NCBI RefSeq assembly: GCF_003334315.1
Contig: NZ_QOWR01000047.1
Length of the DNA stretch: 37,104 nucleotides
Source: Escherichia coli
GTDB taxonomy: Bacteria; Pseudomonadota; Gammaproteobacteria; Enterobacterales; Enterobacteriaceae
Direction: 5' to 3' (one strand)
Position numbers and translations under genes: made by a program. Below, one piece after another: positions 30,492-37,104 of the stretch (its first letter is position 1; every line of letters starts with the position of its first letter). Below the pieces are notes generated by a model, which was given only the letters and a program-made list of their open reading frames with translations, was not told the DNA's origin and did no database searches.

Positions 30492-30590
30492 TTATGCTCC
30501 CGGGGCAGCATAGCCGCCAATAAAAAACCATGCTAAAAATACGACCGCTGTAATGAAGATTACAACCGGAAAAATAATACCGATTCGCAT
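30492..30590 (-). CDS. yoaK: YoaK, 32-aa hydrophobic peptide
   Basis: Manual minus-strand translation MRIGIIFPVVIFITAVVFLAWFFIGGYAAPGA-stop, immediately upstream of yoaJ. Confidence 0.7.
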   Translation of the reverse strand: MRIGIIFPVVIFITAVVFLAWFFIGGYAAPGA

Positions 30591-30622
30591 GTTATCACCA
30601 ATCAAAAGGATGTGAATACGCC

Positions 30623-31648
30623 TCAGGAATGTAGCGCTGGATGCGCGACAAAAGGTGTTTTCTGTTTGTGTTTTTTCTCCTGATACATCGCAATATCGGC
30701 AGCATGCAGGGCACTGTCTGCATCGGTTGTTTCAGGATCGACTTCTACTATGCCAAGACTGGCACCGGGATAATACAAATCAACATCACCTAAGTGATAT
30801 TCTCCACGTATTTGCTGCTGAATGCGTTCTCGCAGCGACGAAATATCCGCATTCTCGTTGTTTAGTGAAACAACTAAAAACTCATCACCGCCGAGACGAC
30901 CAATAACTTCGCCATTTTGCTGGAGCGTATTAAGGCGCTCGCCAACCTGAATGAGAAACAGATCGCCACTATTATGACCAAAACGATCATTGATTAATTT
31001 GAAGTTATCCAGATCGATAAACGCGATCATTATCTTATGGTTAAGATGCCGGGCGAGGGAAAACAGTGTCGTCAGATTTTCAAAAATCGCCCGCCGATTC
31101 GGTAGCCCGGTTAACGAGTCGGTATACGATTGCGCAATCAGCGCAGCATTGGCTTCGCGCAGCTGTTCAACCAGTGCCTCTTTTTGAATATATTGTGCAA
31201 TCAGTCCGGCGAATAACTGTAAAACCTGTTCCGCGCGTTCACTCCACTGGCGCTTCTCACTGCTGGCGGCGCAAAGCGTGCCATAGAATGATCCATCCGG
31301 TAAGTGAATTGGCGTGCTCAGAAATGTGGTGATGCCAAGATTGCGTGCCGCAATACAGTCACCCCAACGGTCGGGGACTTCATCGCTGAAAAAGCAGTTT
31401 TCATCAATGGCGCGTTTGCATAACGAGTAATCCCACGAGACGGTAAAATTCTCCGGGATGTGCATTTTCTGGCTGTTACGGGCAAACATAATATGCTGCA
31501 GGCGCGCTTCGACATCCACTTTGGTCAGGTAGGTTGATTCCATATCAGTGACCATTTCCAGCATCTCCAGAAGCTGTCGGACCAGACTTTCCAGTGACTG
31601 TTCTTTGGCAAGGGATTGCGAGACGCGGGCGATAATCTGATCTGACAC
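30623..31648 (-). CDS. dgcP: diguanylate cyclase DgcP (YeaP), GAF-GGDEF
   Basis: GGDEF motif (RLGGDEFLVVSL); start placed at GTG (plus 31646-31648) giving 341 aa rather than the 384-aa maximum. Confidence 0.85.
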   Translation of the reverse strand: MSDQIIARVSQSLAKEQSLESLVRQLLEMLEMVTDMESTYLTKVDVEARLQHIMFARNSQKMHIPENFTVSWDYSLCKRAIDENCFFSDEVPDRWGDCIAARNLGITTFLSTPIHLPDGSFYGTLCAASSEKRQWSERAEQVLQLFAGLIAQYIQKEALVEQLREANAALIAQSYTDSLTGLPNRRAIFENLTTLFSLARHLNHKIMIAFIDLDNFKLINDRFGHNSGDLFLIQVGERLNTLQQNGEVIGRLGGDEFLVVSLNNENADISSLRERIQQQIRGEYHLGDVDLYYPGASLGIVEVDPETTDADSALHAADIAMYQEKKHKQKTPFVAHPALHS

Positions 31649-31830
31649 GGAACAACTCCAGGATACGGCGGGTAAATGCTGATTATTTAATCTTTGCAGG
31701 CATGATAAAACATCATCAACAAAGATGAAACAAGACGTAATATGTTTTGAGTGAATGTAATAAAAATAGTGCTGCAAAACAAAACGATACCGCGATACTC
31801 TAATCTTGGATAAATATGTGAGATCAATAA

Positions 31831-32085
31831 ATGAAAATTATCAGTTTTGTTCTGCCTTGCTTGCTGGTCCTGGCTGGTTGTTCAACCCCTTCTCAGCCAG
31901 AAGCACCTAAACCGCCGCAGATTGGTATGGCAAATCCGGCGTCGGTCTATTGCCAGCAGAAGGGCGGGACGCTCATTCCAGTGCAGACAGCGCAAGGGGT
32001 CAGCAACAATTGCAAATTACCGGGCGGTGAAACGATTGATGAATGGGCATTGTGGCGGCGTGACCATCCGGCTGGTGAAAAATAA
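31831..32085 (+). CDS. yoaF: DUF333 lipoprotein YoaF
   Basis: 84 aa with lipobox LVLAGCS. Confidence 0.85.
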   Translation: MKIISFVLPCLLVLAGCSTPSQPEAPKPPQIGMANPASVYCQQKGGTLIPVQTAQGVSNNCKLPGGETIDEWALWRRDHPAGEK

Positions 32086-32106
32086 CCGCCGGATGCTGTA
32101 CTAAAA

Positions 32107-32454
32107 TCACAAGCTACGTAGCCAGTCGGCCAGCACCAGCGCATGGTTCTGCGTGGTGTTTTTTGCTGAGTAGAGCAGGGTCAGCGGCTGTTTTTTGGCG
32201 ATGTCCGCCAGCCGCTTTCCTTCTTGCTCGTGTTGCGCCAGTTCTGCAAGATATTGCTCGCGAAAGGTTGCATAATCGACGACTTCGCCGTGAAAGGCTT
32301 TGCGCAGTTCCGTTGACGGCGTGATTTCTTTATCCCACTCATCAAGGGCTAAATCGGTTTTTTTGATACCGCGCGGCCAGAGGCGGTCGACCAGTATGCG
32401 ATAACCATCGCTCTGTTCAGCCGGATCATAAACGCGTTTGCACTGAATATTCAT
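32107..32454 (-). CDS. yeaO: DUF488 protein YeaO
   Basis: Start at the internal ATG (MNIQCKRVYDPAEQSDGYRI...) giving 115 aa. Confidence 0.85.
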   Translation of the reverse strand: MNIQCKRVYDPAEQSDGYRILVDRLWPRGIKKTDLALDEWDKEITPSTELRKAFHGEVVDYATFREQYLAELAQHEQEGKRLADIAKKQPLTLLYSAKNTTQNHALVLADWLRSL

Positions 32455-32508
32455 CGTGTTTGTTCTCCCTTTCACGCATGATTTGTTACGTCACTATAGC
32501 ACCGGATA

Positions 32509-33690
32509 TTAGCGAATTTCTTTGTCTCTCCCGGCGCAAAGTCCGAAAATCGCCATCAGTAGTGAAAGTATGGCAACACCCATAAGTGGTACAGACCAGT
32601 TACCGTTAGCATCGTGTATTTTACCCATCAGCGGCGGCCCACAGGCTGCCAACAAATACCCGACGGATTGTGCCATCCCCGAGAGTGCCGCCGCCTGATG
32701 CGCAGAACTAGCCCGCAGACCAATGAACGTCAACCCCAGTATCATTGTTGCGCCGGAACCAAAACCGAAAAGCAGAGTCCAGGTGATCGCGTGCGCTGGC
32801 ATAAAGCAGAGCCCAACCGCGCCCACTGCGCACATCAAGGCAACGAACGCTGCAATACCACGCTGATCTTTCACATGATGTAAGAAAAGTGGGATCAGCA
32901 AACCGGGTGCTGCTGTGGCTAGTTGCAGCAAACCATGCAGTGAACCCGCCTGTGCTTCGCTATAGCCGTGACTGATGAGGATCGCCGGAAGCCAGCCAAT
33001 AATCACGTAATAGACCAGTGAGTTGATCCCAAGAAACAATGTGACCTGCCAGGCAAGCGGCGAACGCCAGATACCCCGAGTATGTAAGGCGCGCGAGGTA
33101 CTCAAATTTGCATGTTGTTGACTTCGCCACTGTGGCAGCCATAAAAAAAGAGCCAGCAGAGGAAAACACATCAGCATGAGCAACGCGCCTTGCCAGCCAA
33201 AACCGTTCAAAGCCAGCGGCACGACCATAGCCGATCCCAGTGCCGCTGCAGCTCCCATTGTCAGGGAATATGCGCCGGTAAGTCTGGCGACGGAATGAGG
33301 GAAATCGCGTTTAATTAATCCTGGCAGTAAGACATTGCCTAATGCAATCCCACCGCCAATGACCGCTGTACCGCCAAATAATAAGTAAGGCGAAGGGAGA
33401 GAGCGAATTGCGATACCAGCACAGATCAAAAGTAACGCGGCAAACAGGCTACGTTCCATACCAAAACGTCGCGCTACCGGGGCAGCCAAAGGTGAGATTA
33501 GCGCAAAGGCCAATAATGGCAGGGTGGTCAATAAGCCGGTTTGCGCTGTCGTCAGCGAGTAAGCGGAACGAATCGTATCCAGTAACGGTGCTGCGCCGGT
33601 AAAGGTGACGCGTAATGTTGTGGCAATCATCAGAATGCCAGCGATAAGGACAATCCTGTTTTTGCCGCTTAATGAAGTTGAACAGGTCAT
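32509..33690 (-). CDS. nimT: MFS transporter NimT (YeaN)
   Basis: 393-aa polytopic ORF; divergent from the AraC-family gene as in K-12. Confidence 0.88.
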   Translation of the reverse strand: MTCSTSLSGKNRIVLIAGILMIATTLRVTFTGAAPLLDTIRSAYSLTTAQTGLLTTLPLLAFALISPLAAPVARRFGMERSLFAALLLICAGIAIRSLPSPYLLFGGTAVIGGGIALGNVLLPGLIKRDFPHSVARLTGAYSLTMGAAAALGSAMVVPLALNGFGWQGALLMLMCFPLLALFLWLPQWRSQQHANLSTSRALHTRGIWRSPLAWQVTLFLGINSLVYYVIIGWLPAILISHGYSEAQAGSLHGLLQLATAAPGLLIPLFLHHVKDQRGIAAFVALMCAVGAVGLCFMPAHAITWTLLFGFGSGATMILGLTFIGLRASSAHQAAALSGMAQSVGYLLAACGPPLMGKIHDANGNWSVPLMGVAILSLLMAIFGLCAGRDKEIR

Positions 33691-33786
33691 ATGCTTCTCA
33701 TTGTTACAAACGAGGCTGTACCTTACCGTTTTTATTGTTATGTTGAATCAAGCTAAAATGACAAATTATCGCTAAGTTCGGACAAA

Positions 33787-34608
33787 ATGATGCACAGGTT
33801 GAATCTCAATGGCTATGAACCCGACCGACACCATGAAGCCGCGGTCGCATTTTGTATTCACGCCGGAACGGATGAGTTAACCAGTCCTGTACATCAGCAC
33901 CGCAAAGGACAGCTGATACTGGCGCTACATGGTGCAATTACCTGTACGGTGGAAAATGCTTTGTGGATGGTGCCGCCACAATATGCGGTTTGGATACCGG
34001 GCGGGGTGGAACATAGCAATCAAGTAACAGCTAATGCTGAACTCTGTTTTCTGTTTATCGAACCCAGCGCAGTGACAATGCCGACAACATGTTGCACATT
34101 GAAAATATCGCCCTTATGCCGGGAATTAATTTTAACCCTGGCAAACAGGACGACGACTCAGCGTGCTGAGCCAATGACCCGCAGATTAATTCAGGTCCTG
34201 TTTGATGAACTCCCTCAGCAGCCACAACAACAGCTGCACCTGCCCGTTTCTTCTCATCCTAAAATCCGCACGATGGTGGAGATGATGGCGAAAGGGCCTG
34301 TCGAGTGGGGGGCATTGGGGCAATGGGCTGGCTTTTTTGCGATGAGTGAACGCAATCTTGCCCGACTGATAGTAAAAGAGACGGGGTTGAGTTTTCGCCA
34401 GTGGCGTCAGCAGTTACAGCTGATTATGGCGCTTCAGGGATTAGTGAAAGGCGATACTGTACAGAAAGTTGCTCATACGCTGGGGTATGATTCAACAACG
34501 GCCTTTATTACTATGTTTAAGAAAGGCCTGGGGCAAACGCCAGGCCGATATATTGCGAGATTAACTACTGTTTCCCCACAATCAGCGAAACCAGACCCGC
34601 GGCAATAA
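33787..34608 (+). CDS. nimR: AraC-family regulator NimR (YeaM)
   Basis: 273 aa; cupin-like N-terminal half and C-terminal AraC-type HTH region. Confidence 0.88.
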
Positions 34609-35011
34609 GCGGCCCAACCGGTACGCCGCGAAACAGCGCTACGCCTAAAACAGTGCCTACCAGCAGCCCGGCGACCAGTTGCGGCTGGCTGCCCATTAAC
34701 GTCACGCCGCGCCCACCCAGCCAGGAGACAATCACGCCTACTGCAATCGCCACCAGTGATTTCCAGTTCAGAAACGAGTGAATCAAGGTTGAGGGCGGTA
34801 GCGTCCCGCTGGCGATGGGGGCCATAACGCCAATCGTCAGAATGATTATCCCGATACTTAGCCCCTGTTTTTCAATCCACGGAAAAAAGGTGCTTAACGG
34901 TGTGACGCGGACAATGATTAACACCAGAATTGAAACGGCGACAGTGGTGTTATGACTGATAAAGCCCAGCGCAGCTAACCCGAGCAGGATCAGCAAAGTG
35001 ACATCAAACAT
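34565..35011 (-). CDS. yeaL: UPF0756 membrane protein YeaL
   Basis: 148-aa polytopic membrane ORF; its 3' end overlaps the 3' end of nimR by 44 nt. Confidence 0.85.
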
Positions 35012-35112
35012 CGTGGTTTCCTTGCCAAAAAATAATAAGCCTGCTTACTTTACGCTTGCTGCAGGAAGGAAGTAGAAAATCTTTACGTTTTTTGCATAAA
35101 AAATCAGGCGAA

Positions 35113-35130
35113 CTGTCATCAAACTGCCAT
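35113..35130 (+). promoter_or_regulatory. Pho-box-like direct repeat upstream of yoaI
   Basis: CTGTCAT-CAAA-CTGCCAT, about 50 bp upstream of the yoaI ATG, approximates the PhoB box as I recall it (CTGTCAT-A(A/T)A(T/A)-CTGTCA(C/T)). Confidence 0.4.
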
Positions 35131-35180
35131 TTGTGCACGCTAACAATAACGTGAAAACAGCTATCTCCCGGGGGCATGCT

Positions 35181-35285
35181 ATGAACGATCAAATGTTTGT
35201 CGAGACACTGATTATCACGTCATCGTTTTTTGCCATTGCTGTTGTACTGGTTTTGTCCGTTCTTCTTATCGAACGGACCGGCTAG
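35181..35285 (+). CDS. yoaI: YoaI, 34-aa hydrophobic peptide
   Basis: Manual translation [34 protein letters not shown]-stop (TAG 35283-35285). Confidence 0.7.
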   Translation: MNDQMFVETLIITSSFFAIAVVLVLSVLLIERTG

Positions 35286-35789
35286 TTACGCAGTGCGGCG
35301 GAAATTGACCAGTTCTGGTTGCGCAATGCGCAAATAATCCGCGGTTTTCAAAATAACGGATTTATCCAGCATGCCTGCATTGAAGGCGATTTCATCAAAT
35401 CGTTCGAAGAGTAGAGGGTCGGCAACCAGTTTGAGTTTTGGATGGAAGCTGAAAGGGGGGATCGCGCCGAAGACACAGCCTGTGAGTTCATCGACTTCCG
35501 CCGGGCTGGCCAACGAAGCGCGTAATCCGCCTATATGGCTGGCGAGTTGGCTCAGATCGGCCTGTTGATCGGCTGCGAGGATCGCCAGAACATGTTGATT
35601 TACGCCATTGCCTTTGACTTTACATACCAGTGCCTTAGCACCCTGGCCTAGAGCGGTGCCACGAATTTCTGACACCGCTTCACATTTACCTACCGCTTCA
35701 TGGGTAACGACGCGGAAGTCAGCACCTTCTTGTGATAATAAAGCGATTAACCGCTGATGCGTCACGCTTCCTTTAGCCATTTCAGTCAT
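35286..35789 (-). CDS. yeaK: YbaK/ProX-type aminoacyl-tRNA deacylase YeaK
   Basis: 167-aa ORF; its stop codon abuts the yoaI stop. Confidence 0.85.
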   Translation of the reverse strand: MTEMAKGSVTHQRLIALLSQEGADFRVVTHEAVGKCEAVSEIRGTALGQGAKALVCKVKGNGVNQHVLAILAADQQADLSQLASHIGGLRASLASPAEVDELTGCVFGAIPPFSFHPKLKLVADPLLFERFDEIAFNAGMLDKSVILKTADYLRIAQPELVNFRRTA

Positions 35790-35831
35790 TTCACGCTCCT
35801 GAGATTACAAGCAAACAACCACAGAAGGTTA

Positions 35832-37027
35832 TCATGAACGGCTGTTTTTGTTCTGCTTATTGACATATAAACGCTCATCGGAAGCTTTATACGCATCATG
35901 TAACGTATCGTTTTCTTTCATCGCGTAAATACCGGAAGAGAAGCCGATCTCTTTCTGCGGCGCGATATGTTGCAGACGTTTTTCGATACGTTCAGGCAGT
36001 TGTGCTGCAATTTGCGGCGTCGAATCGACAAGAATGATGCAGAATTCATCGCCACCGAGTCGGATGGCATAATCACTTTTACGAATCGACTGTTTAATCG
36101 CCTGAGCTAATAACGTAATCGCTAAATCCCCCTCCTGATGACCGAGGGTGTCATTTATTTGCTTTAACTTGTCCATGTCAATAGCAATAAACATCACCGA
36201 AGAACCGGATTGCACCAGTTTCTGCAACCGCTGCTCCAGTTCAGGGGTTAAAATTTTGCGATTATACAGTCCAGTCATCGCATCACTAATATTTTCTCGC
36301 GACACATTTTGGTATAAACGGAAGTGCATCCGCACCATATTCAGCAAAATTAACGCCGTCAAAATCCAGAACAGAACGCTTTTCCACGAAGACGTGATAA
36401 AGTAAAGAATATCAATGGATAACGAGACACGAATGCCGCCCGGTAAGTCATGGACGTAACTGACATACTGGAACAGATTATCTTCGCTCTGGTTGATGAT
36501 AATGTCGCGCCCCGAATCGGTATCGGTTAGCGTGACATTGAGAAAACGCCAGAGGAGAGGGCGGTCATGAGTATAAAAGATATTCCGCAGATTGTTTTTG
36601 TTAATATCCAGCAGCACAATCCCTTTTAGCTGCCCTGCGACATATACCGGCGTCAGCAAACTCATCACGTTCTGTTTAGTACGCTGATCCTGGTAAATGC
36701 TCGACAATACGGTACGCCCGGTAAATACCTTTTCAATATCTTTGCGATCGATGCCAATACTTCCTGACTGCAGGAAGGACCAGTTATTCATCGCAAAGTA
36801 TTCAACATTAACCGGCTCATAAAAATAGACATAGCGGTCATTGAGATCGAGATAATAGTGAAATTTCTCTTCGGCCATCCCAAGACCTGAACCGTAATCA
36901 TCCTGGTGGCGGTTGCCTTCCACTGCCTGATCAAAAGCGGGTAATAGTGCTGCAGCTTCCACAATTGTGTCGCAGTCAGTGGATGCGGTTTGTAGTGTGC
37001 CGCGTAAGCCCGGGTATTTATGGGCAG
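35832..37027 (-). pseudogene. dgcJ: diguanylate cyclase DgcJ (YeaJ), 5'-truncated by an IS insertion
   Basis: GGDEF motif (RLGGDEFCIILV) and one TM segment. The ORF cannot extend upstream: stops occur in all three minus frames within 37039-37067, and the first 12 codons of the 410-aa track ORF are IS-derived. About 398 native codons remain versus about 496 aa recalled for K-12; a periplasmic-type sensor region with no upstream TM or signal peptide. Confidence 0.7.
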
Positions 37028-37104
37028 TGGATTGGCCCCTATATTTCCATACACTTTTTATCACTTAACCCATTACTGGTTCGCCGCCGCAGATATTCCC
37101 GTGG
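37028..37104 (-). mobile_element. IS3-family (IS2-like) insertion sequence, terminal 77 bp (element continues off the right edge)
   Basis: Minus strand reads ...PREYLRRRTSNGLSDKKCMEI-stop then GGTTAAGTGATAAAAAGTGTATGGAAATATAGGGGCCAATCCA, close to the IS2 OrfB C-terminus and right inverted repeat as I recall them (roughly 85% similar by eye, not identical). Terminus at plus 37028. Confidence 0.75.

Noticed and set aside
35832-37064. 410-aa track ORF taken at face value as a full-length dgcJ
   Set aside because: Its first 12 codons lie inside the IS2-like terminal sequence, a stop lies immediately upstream, and the product lacks an N-terminal TM or signal peptide; treated as a truncated gene.

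Overview
This window reads as an ordinary, well-conserved Escherichia/Shigella chromosomal segment, not a novel system. Gene order and protein sequences match, from memory, the E. coli K-12 yobH-mgrB-yebO-yobF-cspC ... manXYZ ... pabB ... fadD-rnd ... yeaJ(dgcJ) region in inverted orientation; no search could be run, so names and K-12 protein lengths are recalled, not verified. The two things that stand out are at the edges: the first 123 nt are the end of an IS1 element (where K-12 synteny predicts kdgR), and the last 77 nt are the end of an IS2-like element that truncates dgcJ. Between them I count 45 chromosomal protein-coding genes that look intact plus the truncated dgcJ, including seven small ORFs (24-60 aa) that the six-frame track missed or mis-stranded. 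I also annotate a probable manganese riboswitch leader upstream of mntP, several candidate operator sites and several intrinsic terminators. No CRISPR array, rRNA, tRNA, phage or defence-island signature was seen.
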